Below are positions 25,372 through 38,461 of a stretch of DNA of 64,000 bases, piece after piece. The stretch is from assembly GCA_022605425.2 (NCBI GenBank), contig JAKIMF020000011.1, forward strand, positions 496,001 to 560,000, in the 5' to 3' direction. Origin of the DNA: Hamiltosporidium tvaerminnensis FI-OER-3-3. Its lineage: Eukaryota; Fungi; Microsporidia. How positions within the stretch are numbered: position 1 is the stretch's first letter; the number at the start of each line of letters is the position of its first letter. Under the pieces are notes generated by a model. That model saw only the letters and a program-made list of their open reading frames with translations, was not told the origin of the DNA and did not search any database. The position numbers and the translations under genes were made by a program.

Positions 25372-26174
25372 TTTATTTAATAAAATTCTGGGTTAACAAA
25401 TTCTCCCGTTTAACTAATTTCTTCCATCACTTTAACCACTTTATTCTCTTTTTCTACATCCGACTTATCATTAATGTCTATCGTCGGTTCCTCTGGTCTG
25501 GTTACGTCATCTAAAATAAGGGGTAAAATATTTTTTGAATTTACTTGTTTAACACTATCTTCCTCGTTCTTCACTTCTTTTAAGGGGGGTGTTGGCTGTT
25601 TATGCATCTCAGCTCCTATAATAACACTTAATGACGCGCTCTCCCAGCTCTCTTCGGCACTTGGTCCTGACTCAATTCCTCTTCGTCGATCGAAGGAAAT
25701 CATTTCGACTGTTTTCTTAAGTACTATGGACTGAATGTATGCCTCTACATTTATGGGTATTTGTAATCTTTTAAGATAAGTCTTATGGTATTTTGTCACA
25801 ATACCGTCCCATGTTATCACATAAGGAATTATCTCTACATTGCATTTATAAATAAGACCTAACTCATTTGCTAATAGGTCATACTTCCTAAGTTTCTCTG
25901 TTTCAACTATTTGAAGTGAGTCTTGGGAGGTGATTCCTACTTCAATGAGGGTAATCTTATTTCGTCTCTTGTCTAAAACGAATATATCTGGCCTATTATT
26001 TCGAATTTTGACATCATTTTTTATTCTGGTGTCCACTCTTATCTCTGCATACTCATTACCAAGAATTTCTTAAACAGAGTGGCTTCTGATTCGTTTTGAA
26101 GACTTGAATTTATATTTATTTAACAAGAGCAAATGTATACATCGTACCACTTCATTGTGTCGTCTAGTATAGTC
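25372..26174 (-). mobile_element. 5'-truncated RLE-type (R4/Dong-like) non-LTR retrotransposon with a 13-bp TSD
   Basis: Encodes DYTRRHNEV, RPDIFVLD, IEVG, EKLRKY (restriction-like endonuclease) with one internal stop. CTTTTAAAATGAT flanks both ends (25359-25371 and 26175-26187). Confidence 0.92.
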
Positions 26175-28199
26175 CTTTTAAAATGATAATAATTATATAT
26201 GTATGGTTGGTTCAAATGATTCTCAAATCACGCTCTAATCATATTAAAGAGTAAGATTTTTTCATTTTATAAAGCCACTACGTAAAACCTCAATCGATGA
26301 TTTTTTTTCGGATTATAATATTATATATCATGTGGTTTGATCAAGTATAAATGATATTTCTTAATTAAATACAATTAATGTCTCGTTAACTAGTTTTAAA
26401 ATATCTTTCTGATAATATTAAGATCAATATTCGCTAATTATTTCATCAAAAAATAATATTGCAAAGTTCTATTAAAGAAAATATTTTCAAGTCAAACCTA
26501 TTTTATGAAAAAAATAACACAAAATTTTTTTGGGTTAACTTATATCATAATTAAATTTACTAGAATTGTAATCAATATTAAATAAAATTAATTCACTGAA
26601 TCATACTTTAGTTTAAGATATTATCGAGTATTTAAAGAGCTTAAATCGTTAGGTTAATATTAAATTAGCAATTTAAATCAGAATATAAGTTTCGATTTAA
26701 TAACATTGTTGTTTTTTATCCAAGATTCAATGTTATTTAGATTTATAATTTAGATTTATAAGAATATTGGACTATTTGTTGAATATGAGTTTTATAGTAT
26801 TTTTTTTTCAAATATTGGATTAGAAGAAAAATTTAATTATTTTTAGAATCAGTTAAATATGACCTTTTGGAATTTTATTATGCTTGAAATTTCATAATTT
26901 AATGTGTATAGTAGCAATTTTATATTAATTCTCAATCATTAGTCGAAAATAGATTATTTTTTTATTTTCGTATCATTTAAGGGTTCCAATATATAATTTT
27001 GAGTTTCCGTTTGAATATATTTCTAGTAATAAAAATCATTTTCATCTAATAATTTATATGACACCAAAAGAATCGTTTCCTACGTTCCTTAAAACTAATT
27101 TAATCAAATAAATGATTATTTAGTTTTAGATTGATTTTATTTACAAATATTAAAATTTTTAGATTTTATATTCTGTTAAATTTACTAGAATGCCTAAATT
27201 TGTTCATAAAACTCGATGTATATGACTTTATTATAGGATGAAACAATAAAACCATATTTGAAATCTTAATTTGTTCTGTTTATTGCGGTAAATTATATTT
27301 TAATATGTATATTGTAATAAAAATAGTAGAAACAGCAGAAATATGCTCTAAAACCTGATAAAAAAATATTTTCAAGTAGCGAACCAAATAAGACTAAAAA
27401 ACACTTAAATATTATTACATTAATTTTTAAGGATGATTTTATCGAAAAAAATAAAGGTTGTTAACTATAGAAATATATAAACAATTCAGTAAAATCAAAT
27501 GAAAATTTATTTAACTCATCTTATTTTTTTTACCTTTTACTACCTCTCACTTGTTTTATTGTTTTTCTTTTAATTCATACTATTTTTTATAGTTTGAGGT
27601 GCTGCTTACCTTCTATCATGTTACCTGCGATTCTATGTTAAAAATATTTTTGTTTTTAACTAGATTAATCTTATTTGCTGTCGCCAGGGGAATAAAAAGT
27701 ATTTTTTTTATCACTTATCTTCTTTTATAGCAAATATCGAATTTTTTTCTGAGATTTATCAACATCTGGTTGTGATAAAAAAAAGATTGATCAATATTTA
27801 TCGTTTGGGTTGTCGTAAGCTCTCTCGAATCACCCAGATAAAGGGTATCTTTGATAGAGACAGATTCTATCATCGAAATTAAAGAGGTTTATTGAGTTTA
27901 ACCAAAGAGTTTTTACTATTAATCAAAGGTTTATTTAATTTATTGATCCAATTCTTTGTTTTCCTTTCTTCCACCATTGGTGTTTTAATAAAATGTACTT
28001 TTATATTTTATAAGGGAATCCAATAACTTTAATTATGTTTTAGAATACTTAAAGATTACTTCGAAGTATTTACCGCTTTTTATATGAATAGATCTACCAT
28101 TTATTTGGTATTTGTAACATTTTAGAATAAATAAATTCGATCAAAATTATTTATTCAAAGATCGCATACTATATAAAAAGGGGTAGAAGTATTGTTTCA

Positions 28200-28800
28200 T
28201 AAACTTTACGCGGTTGGCTTGAGCATAGATACCTAGTTTTTAAATATGATATGATTATTCGTCAGATACCTATATCTAAATGCTTCATCTAAATATATGT
28301 AGAACCATTTAAGGATAGCAGTTGCTCAGAATTCTTCGATTTAGTTGCTCGTGGTGTGAGCGCATAAACCTACCTTTCCCCCCCCCAAAAAAAAAAAAAC
28401 AGCAGCATTCCTCCTACTCAAGCTTTTCAAACTAAATAATCATTCAGCTAATATATATTTCAGAGGTTTACATATGATTCACACTGAAGTTAAATTGCGA
28501 TAAAAACATGTGTATCCTACTACTCAGGTTTCCTATGTTTTTACGAAGGTTCATTGTATATTCTAGGCGCTAAGTCTTCTAAATCGAAAGGTAAGAGTTA
28601 TTTTCTCATTTTTACACATAAACCTCTTGTAATTTCACCAGAATTTGAGATAAATCACATGAATAATACAAAATATGTTTTTAGAAAAGTCACATTGTTT
28701 AATACACCACCCTTTCTTCTTTATACAAATTTTCAAGGATTAACCAAAAAAGCAGTGTTGAATTCATCCAACATAAAAATAAGTCAGTGAATAGCCCTAA
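28200..28800 (-). mobile_element. Highly degenerate copy of the ~730-bp SINE-like element
   Basis: Patches such as aggcgctaagtcttcta, gcagcattcc and gcagttgc occur in the expected reverse order. Confidence 0.6.
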
Positions 28801-30756
28801 TTTGCCTAATTTTTTTTAATAAGATGGTTTTTAGCATCGTAAAATCATCTCAATTGGTTTGTTTTAATAAAAAAAACATCTTTGTTTCGTTTATATCTTC
28901 TGATCAATATTCCCTCATTCGCTAATACTTTGTAATTAAACACATGCAAAAAAATGAAATATATCTATTTGTAATGTTTAAAACTAAAGAATAAATTATT
29001 AGTTAAAACTTAATATTAAAATTATAATATTATAGTAATACATATTATATTTATGAGATGCCAGCATATATTCTTAGTAATGTTCTTTAAAAACATGATA
29101 TTCTCTCGTCTCAGATGTATAATGCAGTTTTTTGTAAATAATTACTTTAAATACTAAATCGAGAAATCAAATTGCAGCTTCGTTTTTTGCTTTCAATATT
29201 TATTAATGTTCAATTTGAAATTATTAATCCTATCAGTATTGATATATACATGGTATTAACTCATAGATATTTTTCAAAAAAAGTATTTGAATCTACTAGA
29301 GCATATTTATATATAATTTATGATTATTAGAAGGAAATATATTTATAAATAAGCTATGAAACACATGTTTACTTAGCCTAAAATACAATTTTTTCCTGCT
29401 TCTGTCGAGGCACCTAGAACATATGCAAGTTTTATAAAGAAAAGCTCTGTCTTTTAATAAAAGAGTTTATGAAACACGTTAACTATATATTATTTTTCCT
29501 ATAAGAAGATTATTGGTATCAATTTTCCTTCAGATCGATCTAATTTTTTTTCCAAATAGGGAGTTACTGTAAAAATATTATTTTATGCCTTAGAGAGATG
29601 TGTAATAGCTTATTAAGTAGCAAAAAAACAATTTAAAAACATGTTTATATACACATATGTAATTACGAAAAACACTGTAATTAAATCTTTAATCAAATAT
29701 ATGGACATTTATGACTGAAATAAACACTTTTGTACCAAATAATCAATATTATGACAGCTGATAACATTTTTTGCTACAAATATAATCAATTCTGATTCAA
29801 ACATCAAGAGTCAATTTTATATGTACATGATTATAGTCGAATATACATTCTGATAATTATATATATTGTTTACCTCTCATAATACATTTTTATCTCGATT
29901 TATAACAATGAAAGCAGTTAGTTGACATTCAAAAAAAATATTTTTTATTTTAATCATTCTAGCTTAGAATGAACATTAAATAATAAATACTTTTTTGATG
30001 AATCATTTTAAAAAACACAAGAACTTTCGAATATATGGTTTACGAATATCCATTCATTACTTTTTCTATATATAAATATCAAGAAACTAACACAAGATGC
30101 AAATATTTATTTCAATCAAATAAAAAAACATTTAAATATTAGAATTATCAATTTAAAAACCATTTTAAATTTACAAAAAGTACTATTGTTTTATTCTTTT
30201 GGAAAAGAAAATATTTGTAATTTTTTTTTGCAAAAATATAACAATTTTCCTTTTTGGGTAATTAGATCAATAAAATATTCAAATTGATTTTTTCTATTTT
30301 TGTTATGAAAAAATAATTCGTGTCTATTTGAAAATTAAAGCTGTGAAATAAATGAATAAAAAATATAAAATATCTATATTTCAATATAATTTTTTTGCTA
30401 TATTATCAACAAAATGAATAATTTTATTGTTCCCAGCATTTTGTTGGATAATTATGTGTCATATTATTTTTTTTATAAAGTGTTTTCAATATCAAAATTT
30501 AAACAATCACACACTCATAAATTTATATGTGTGTAAAATTTAAAAAATATAAAAATATTGAGAAGAATTATGTAATTTTTTAAAAAAAATGCAAATTATA
30601 TTTTTTAAATCAAATGTGTACATATTAAGCAAATTAAAAAAAATAATTTTTGAAACTGAAAAATTAGCAATTAATGACATTTTAGTCTAATTAATATTTC
30701 AACGTCATAGATAAATGTAAAATTAAGAAATAAAATTCAGTTTATTCCATTAAAAA

Positions 30757-31497
30757 TCAATCTCCGGATCCTAGAATAGCTACCAGACATTTGCAAATAC
30801 AACAGCATGGGCTACACAATATTTCGCAACAATCATCGCAACAATCATCATCGCATGTAAGATGGTCATCGCAGTAGCTTTCAAGACATTGTGAATGATG
30901 ATGGCAACATCTTCGAATTTGTTTAAAGGGATAATTAAAGCAGCATTCTATTGTTTTGATTACGTCATCTGAACATGTTCTAAAGCAAGAAACGACTTCA
31001 TCAGTGCAGTGTGTAATAAATGCCGAATCTGTACAGCATTCCGATGGTTTACTAGATCCACGGCTTCTACAACAATAGCAGTTTATACGGCAGATTCTTT
31101 TTTTACCGCAACAACCACATATTTTATCGGAAGAATTCATTGAATCTGCCTTCGAATCTGATCCAACTTCAGCCCCTGGCTCTTGTTGCATAGTCCCATT
31201 TCCTATTTGTAGAAGAAAGTATGATGGTTTAACATCCGTGGTAATAACACCAATTTCATCTTCTGATCTGTTGGGGTTTCCATCAATAAAAGTATTTGTC
31301 CCATCCATTTCAGATACTTTTGACCGAGTACAAGATGTATCAGTGGCATTGCTCGAATGTTCTAATTTTTTTGACGAGCCTCCGTTTTCTTTACCATCCA
31401 TACTTTCGTCTGTCGGATGCTTTGGACTTTCTACAACTGTATTTTTCACAAGAGATATAATCATGAAAATAAATAAATGTCCGAAATATATTTTCAT
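30757..31497 (-). CDS. Secreted protein with acidic Ser/Gly-rich N-half and very Cys-rich (CC doublet) C-half
   Basis: ATG at 31497; signal-like MKIYFGHLFIFMIISLVK; roughly 30 Cys in the last ~120 aa. Confidence 0.85.
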   Translation of the reverse strand: MKIYFGHLFIFMIISLVKNTVVESPKHPTDESMDGKENGGSSKKLEHSSNATDTSCTRSKVSEMDGTNTFIDGNPNRSEDEIGVITTDVKPSYFLLQIGNGTMQQEPGAEVGSDSKADSMNSSDKICGCCGKKRICRINCYCCRSRGSSKPSECCTDSAFITHCTDEVVSCFRTCSDDVIKTIECCFNYPFKQIRRCCHHHSQCLESYCDDHLTCDDDCCDDCCEILCSPCCCICKCLVAILGSGD

Positions 31498-31924
31498 CAA
31501 AAAGTAACGGTTAGAAAAAAAACAAATATTTAATTTATTTAGTAACCCTTTAATAATTCTAGAACAAATTAATATCTTTATATACTATATTATTATGTTT
31601 ATTTTAAAAAAATTTTGGTTTGATTAAAAAATTTTATATTTGATGATATTTTTGTTTGTAAATTTATCTTCTCATTTTGGGATTTCAAAGCTATTAAGTT
31701 ATTGAATACTCAAGAAAAGTCTTATTCTTACAACAAGTTCGAACTTAATTCAAAATGGCTGATATCATGAAAAAATGAGAAAATTTTGAATTTGAAGCCC
31801 GCCTATCAGTTTAATTTTAATAATATTCTTAAAATCACCCAAATACTACATTATAGAAAAACATATGACGAAAAATAAATTATTTATTAAATATTACATT
31901 TTATTTTTTGATCTTTTTATTATA

Positions 31925-32140
31925 TATTTAATAGCTTGCTTCTTCCCTACGGATGGAACACAATCTAACGATGAATCATAGCCTTGCTAGGTTCTAGGCG
32001 TTGCAAAGACAATTCTCTTTGGAGACGTTAGGTTGTCAACCTCACGCAAACTTTCCGAACGAAATTTAAAGAATGCAACCGATCGAATCCGGAACATCTG
32101 AATTAAATTCCGATATCCTCACCACTAGATTATTGGCGAC
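31925..32140 (-). mobile_element. tRNA-derived SINE-like relic (tRNA-Glu/Asp-like head)
   Basis: Minus strand GTCGCCAATAATCTAGTGGTGAGGATATCGG...CCGGATTCGATC gives degenerate A and B boxes, followed by a ~140-nt non-tRNA body. No intact cloverleaf. Confidence 0.5.
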
Positions 32141-32159
32141 TATTTTTTAATCTTGCATT

Positions 32160-32820
32160 CTAAAATTCTTTTATTGGTTATAACGCAACTATAGGTTTAA
32201 CATAGATTTCTAGTTCTTCCCAATACTCCATCAGTATCCCGTAATATACTTACTCTAAATATTTCGATTTAAAAATCTGTAGAATCCATTTTATGAGCAA
32301 CATAGTTGCACATAATTCGTTAGTGTCTGTGTATGATTTATTATTGAAGGAAGAAACATATACAAGCCCTTCTCCATGATTGAAAGCGTTCTCTTACTTT
32401 ACCCATTAAGAATAGAGTAAATTCTAACTATTCTATATTTCCCGACTTATATTGGGATCGATTTAATCTCGCAATGAGACATAAATATTTATTCCATTTA
32501 AACTTCTCAATTCTTAGAACAAGTTTTTTGTATTCTTAAAGACCGGGTCTTTCTACCCATGATAGCAGGCCAGAGGCAGATCCTTTTAAATTCAAAATAC
32601 TATCAGATCAATCAAGCTTTAAAAAATACTTAATTAAAAAATTATAAACTAATTTTGTAAAAGGTTTTCACAATATAGTATTTCTTTCTTCTATATAAAT
32701 CCTCATAGAACACTTGAAAATGTAATCGGATTTTACCTTATCCAAAATATAAAAAGGATAGTTTCCAAACCAATTTCACCAGTGATTACATTAAATTATT
32801 TTGAAACTGTTATTTTCTTA
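32160..32820 (-). mobile_element. Highly degenerate copy of the ~730-bp SINE-like element
   Basis: taacgcaactataggtttaacata...actccatcagta matches the reversed 3' region of the element. Confidence 0.6.
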
Positions 32821-35054
32821 AACGATTCTTATTTCTAAAAATATTTACCCAATGACATTTATTTTGACTTAAAATATATAAATAAGATTTATAAATCCTA
32901 GAGAAACCTTTAAAGGTTTGCTCTATATATTATTGTTCATATTTATTCAAAAAAATCTTATTTTGCTCATTATCTTTGAAGTAAATCCACTTGAATATTT
33001 AGTAGTTGTAATACACTATTATTATTTAAAAATCTATTTTATTATTTATAAACTTATTTCCCCCAGTAATCAAGATTTAATTAATTAATAAAATTATATT
33101 TTTGTAATTACTTTTAATAAAATTATAGTAGAATTACTATTTATGGTAAATAATTTTTCATTCTCTTCTAAAATATTTTTTATTTTTATCGTAAAAATAT
33201 CTTCGAAATATTTATAAGTTTAAACATTTTTTGTATTTTTATTTGATCTTCATTTTTAACTTTGGAATCAAATATCTTTAGAAAACACTTTACATAATAT
33301 CTTGTTTGTTACCGTATTAAAACACATAGCCAAGCTATAATAAATACATTGACGAAAAAAAAGTACAAATATTTTGGTTAGACTCATTAATATCTATTAA
33401 AATCCTTTTCAAATTATTTTATATAGATAATATATAAGTTTTATATTATGATATTTTACAGGTTATTTTCAAAAACGTTTATTTTCTTCCATTTGCTATC
33501 AATTAGAATATTTTTAATATCGTATTCAATAAACAATTATTTTATCGAACTATAAATTTGGTTAATAATTTAAATATAGCATTCATAATAAATATATTTG
33601 TATATACTCGACTTTTAAATTAAGTTTTAAAACCGAAACCTTTATTATTTCATTGCTTTAAAAGTCTTTAAAACTTAAGGCCATCAAGAAGTATATTTCA
33701 TTTAATAAAATAATTTACAGTTAAGATTACAATTCAGGTAAAAATAATTAAGATTATTTGCAAAATATTGTTTTAGAAACAGTGATTACATAAAAAGGAA
33801 ATCCTTTATCAGTATATTACAAATAATAAATTATGGCTTCTTTCATTCTCTATGAACATAAAAATATTTTTTACTTGATGAATTAATAAAAACGATTTAA
33901 TGACTTATATGGTGAAAAGCAGCTTTAGATTTGATTGTATCTATAAAATCCTTATAAGGCAATTGTTCGTTATATTATCTCATTATCTCTGAATAATATA
34001 CATGAGGAAATGCTTGAAAAAACTTTATTTTCCCATGGATTGAATGATTAAATCACAAAAATATATATATGACCAGATATTAGATAGTAGTCAATTATTT
34101 GTATCTCAACTGTATTGCTAAGAAAAGAGTCTAATATTAAATTCTTTATCTAATGTGAAAAAAAAACTGATGTGATTATATTTGATCTGTAATGTTTCAC
34201 ATGTGATGAAACCTTTATTACCTACATTACAAAAATAAAAGTAAGAAAACGGTTTGAATTCATGATTTAGTCACTTTCTAAATAGTTCATATAACAAATT
34301 AATTTAAAAAATACATTCAAACCCATGATTTATCTGATTGTATCCTGAAATTTCTTGAATAAGGCATATCAAAATTGAATTTAATTATCACGGAATCTTT
34401 TAACTTCGAAGTAAAAATATCTAAAAAAAAGTATTCATATATTTGGATTATAATCACTTTGATCCTTGTGGTTGTAAAATTTACGCAGAGACTCAATGAG
34501 AAACATACATCGTTGCGATATATGTGGAAAACATTTTGAAGGGAACAAATAATTTTTTTAATCGGATATGGTAAGCGTAGTAAAAATTAATTGCTCTCAG
34601 CTTAGGAAAAGAAAAATTGTTTGGAAAACACAAGAAATTTATGTTTTCTACTAATAGATCTCTTAACGAATTACAATGTAAATTTCTTTTAAAATATTAG
34701 ATAAATTAAAAACAATATAAAGCATGAAATACAGAGTAATATTAGTAATGAAAAAATCTGTAATTTTTTTGAATTCGTAATTATTATAATGTTTTACACT
34801 TTTATAAGTTTAGAACTCTACCCTGTATCTAAGAAATTCTTATTAATACTTTCTTCATCTTATTCTACCTCTTTTATCACATAAGACTCTTTCACTTTCT
34901 TATTCCCTAATTCTTATTACACATTCTGCTTACATCACAGTTTATAAATATTTTTAAATTTCATAAAAATTTTAGATTTCTCTTTGATTTATTTTTTTAT
35001 AAATAAATTTTCTTGTTTAACTTTCAAAATAATTTATTATAAGAAATAAAACAA

Positions 35055-35057
35055 CCC
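35055..35057 (+). promoter_or_regulatory. CCC motif upstream of the start codon (microsporidian-type signal); also present before RPS30, RCC1, the FYR gene, the second RPS24 and the 44241 ORF
   Basis: aaCCCttacgaATG; CCCCATG; aaCCCttgtaaATG; aaCCCCtcATG; taCCCATG. Confidence 0.7.
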
Positions 35058-35063
35058 TTACGA

Positions 35064-35471
35064 ATGTCTTCATTTACACTTACAATCACTCAAACAATAC
35101 CAAATCCTCTTCTTTCCAGACAACTTATTAAAGTAAAACTTGCACATCCAAACTCTTCAACTCCTAAGAAAGATGAAATTACAAAAAAACTTGCGTATCT
35201 TTTTCAAACAGATCCATCACTCGTTATAGTAAGAAACTGTCGTACAGCTTTTGGTTTACATGAGACTACAGCAGAAGCCAAAATTTATGAAGAAATTTCT
35301 ACACTCAATTCTACTGAACATTCATATGTGATTGCAAGAAAAACAGGTGTTGTAGCAGACAAAGTACCAAGACGTCTTCGTAAAGATACAAGAAAAAAGA
35401 AATATAAAATGTTTGGATCTTTACGAAGAAATATGCGAGTTGCTGCTAAGAAAGAAAAAAGAAATAAATAA
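35064..35471 (+). CDS. RPS24: 40S ribosomal protein eS24
   Basis: NPLLSRQ...HP...TP.K.EI...LA, RTAFG, AKIY and a basic C-terminal tail. Confidence 0.93.
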   Translation: MSSFTLTITQTIPNPLLSRQLIKVKLAHPNSSTPKKDEITKKLAYLFQTDPSLVIVRNCRTAFGLHETTAEAKIYEEISTLNSTEHSYVIARKTGVVADKVPRRLRKDTRKKKYKMFGSLRRNMRVAAKKEKRNK

Positions 35472-36016
35472 ATTAATTTGTGGCGTTTTTTTTATTTGAA
35501 TTTAATATTTATAAATTTTTTTTTGTAATTTCTCAGTTATTGATTTGATAAAAACCTAAAAATATTTTTAATCGTTATAATTCTTCTTATCTAAAGTATC
35601 TATTTGTTCAAATGATTGATTAAAATCGAAAAATTAAATTTTTTTTAAAACATTATTACAGTTTTTCTGATATATTTTTTGATTAACTATATTTTGGAAT
35701 TATAAGTTTATATAAATAAATTCTAATTTTATACAAAATAAAAATTATATTTCAATTGTTATCAGGATGGGTTAAAATAACACATGCCCTTCTTCAAATT
35801 ATTTTCCAAATTTTTTCTTTCTCTTTAAAACTTTCTAATAAAATCATTTTTAAACTAGAAAGTAACCTTTTTAAAGATTTTTTACAGAAATATTACAAAA
35901 ATGTAATTTTTTTTAAAGGTAGAATATGTTAGATTGCTTTTATTTTACAGAAATAGATTTTTTTAAATTATTTAAAATATTCGTTTTATAATTAAATATT
36001 TAAAATAAATCCATTC

Positions 36017-36733
36017 TGGAGAGAGGATAACCACAAAAAAACTTTCTGCTTGGCAATGAGTGTGTGAAACTGTGTGAGAATCATTGTTGGTATTTTTGGT
36101 GAGAATAAAACCACACTACATCTTCGGTTGTTCCATGGGAGTTGTTATGAGGAGGAGAGGTCTGAGAAATGAAGAAACTTTTTCTCTAATTTTTTGTAAT
36201 TTTTTATGTAACCAGATTACAGACCATAGCTGAACATGTAGGTAATTGCCATGTAAAAGCATGGAAACCTAGCCTTGCTCACTCGGGTTAGAAGACTTGG
36301 CGCCTGGGAGATATAAAACAAAAAAACCATTTAAAGCCAGGAAAGCTAAGTAGCAGGTTATACCTGTTGGTATGACATTGCACTGTCTAAGTGGACTCCA
36401 TGTAAATCTCCGAAATATATCTTAGCTAGAAGTCAATTCGGTTCAGAAAGTGTAGAGTAAGTGGGAATGCTGCATGGTCTTGGGGAAGCCCGGGGCTTCG
36501 ATCACACTCCATGCAACGGACATTAACGAATTCCGGGCAACTACCTCGCTTATTAATTAAGTTTTACACACCTGGTAGATGAAAGGCTTTAGGACGTAGG
36601 TATCGCAGGGGTTACCGATGGAGTTTTCGGGTAACATTTATTTATGTTAAACATAGAACTGCGTTAATGTCATAAAAACAAATATAACAATTGCCACTGT
36701 TTTGAAAAGACGTGATAATTTTAAATAAAAGTT
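36017..36733 (+). mobile_element. Young full-length copy of the ~730-bp SINE-like element
   Basis: Very close to the 57702 copy; small deletion in the G-run/UUCG hairpin. Confidence 0.92.
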
Positions 36734-38461
36734 TCGTAATACTAATTATTTTTTAGTAAATATATTTCAAAATAAAAATTGAATTCGCTTTTATTTTGAT
36801 GGATTTCTAATCTAAGAAAAATTTAAAAATAAAAAATATTATAAAAAATCCACAATTAAAAGTGTTTAAATCCTTGCTTTTCGAATTAATTAAACCTAAA
36901 CTTTACCATTTGGCAGAGAAAAATTAATATTAATTTGAAAAATTTAAGCATCACTTTCTTATAACCAAATATCTAGATTTATAAAGTATGTTGCTTGTAG
37001 TACTTTGATTATAATAAATATAATTCGAAAAATTTTTAATCCTGTATAATCCGTGTTAATCTGCGTTTGATGATGTCTCATTGAGGTGTAAAAAGTACTT
37101 TTGCCTTTATTTTTTTATTAGAGATAATCTAGACATAAATTTCCCCAGATTTACAGTCAATATAATTTTTAAATGTCGACTGCCTAAAATAGAATAAAAA
37201 AACAAATTTTAAAATATTGAACTTTAAGACAGCCAAAAGATTTCCTTGTTTCGAATTTGTTAGGTATAAGTAATAAAATACCTTCTTGGAATACTTAATT
37301 AACCATCTTTAAATCAGAGGCAACAATATACATTATCTGCTCAAGGAACATTAATACTATAAATATTTACTCCAAATTTATTGCCTAAGAATATTTTAAA
37401 GTATTTTTCAACTTTACAGAGGCTATATTTTGAACCAAGGAGTTTATTTTCAAAAAAATTCAATCTCTGAATTATTCTTAATCATAAATGGGTTAAAAAT
37501 CGACAAAAAAATTTAAACTTATGCTTTTTAATTAATATACTGGATTTTAAATAGATTGGTTAAAATTATGAATTCTCTTTTCAAATATATTGTAAAATTT
37601 AGTCATTGTTCTAGGAATACCTATGAATGGATTAAAGAATATTGATTTACTGCAAACATTCGTTATCGATGCAGATATGACCACAAACTATATTTTATAA
37701 AGAAAATTTAATATATTATCTTTGAAAATTAAAAAAAATTTCTTTTTAATGTTAGTCGCAGATTGATGAGTTTATAAAAACCTAGAATTCATTACTTAAG
37801 ATTTAACGAATAATTTCTATAAATGTAGTACGATTGATTCAGATGAAAAATATTTAAGAAAATTTTATTCAATACGAAATAGTATATTTAAGACACAAAG
37901 TTTTTGTAGTAAAAAGTGAGATATATTGAATTGATTTTACTCATAAAATAACTATTTTTTCAACAGATAAACATATTTAAGACTAATATATTAAAAAATT
38001 CTATAATTAAAATACTGGTTTTTGTTTTCAACTCGTATCGCTATATATCAAAATACGAATAAGAAGGATAATTGGAAATATAAGACTAAAATACGAAGTA
38101 ATAATCCATATAAATGACAAGGAAGATCAAAAAATAAAACAAGAACATAAGGAAATCTTGAGACTAAACATTCGGATATATATTAACATAAAAATGAGAA
38201 TTAGTAATATACTTAGCTAAGAAATAAATATAAAATAATATTGTTAAGTCAACCGATATGCTATAATTTTTTTCAAAATTTATAGCTTTAAGTTTTTGAC
38301 GGCTGAATTCTAAATATAAATATTCATTTTATAAAAATATAAAACGATAAGAAAAAAAATACCAACAGAATAGAAAGTTTTCACTAAAATAATCATAAAA
38401 TCATTATAAACATCAGAACTTAAAAATAATTAGTCAATAATATCAATAACGAGGAATGATT

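Larger units (their letters stand above)
34618..35550 (+). repeat. Arm 1 of a ~930-bp inverted segmental duplication containing RPS24
   Basis: Near-identical reverse complement at 44528-45460. Confidence 0.92.

Noticed and set aside
32070-32140. Functional tRNA
   Set aside because: The acceptor and T stems do not pair properly; kept only as a SINE-like head.
36333-36360. GCCAGG...AGCAGG resembling SRP RNA helix 8
   Set aside because: The intervening bases cannot form the GNRA-capped stem, and most copies read GCCGGG.
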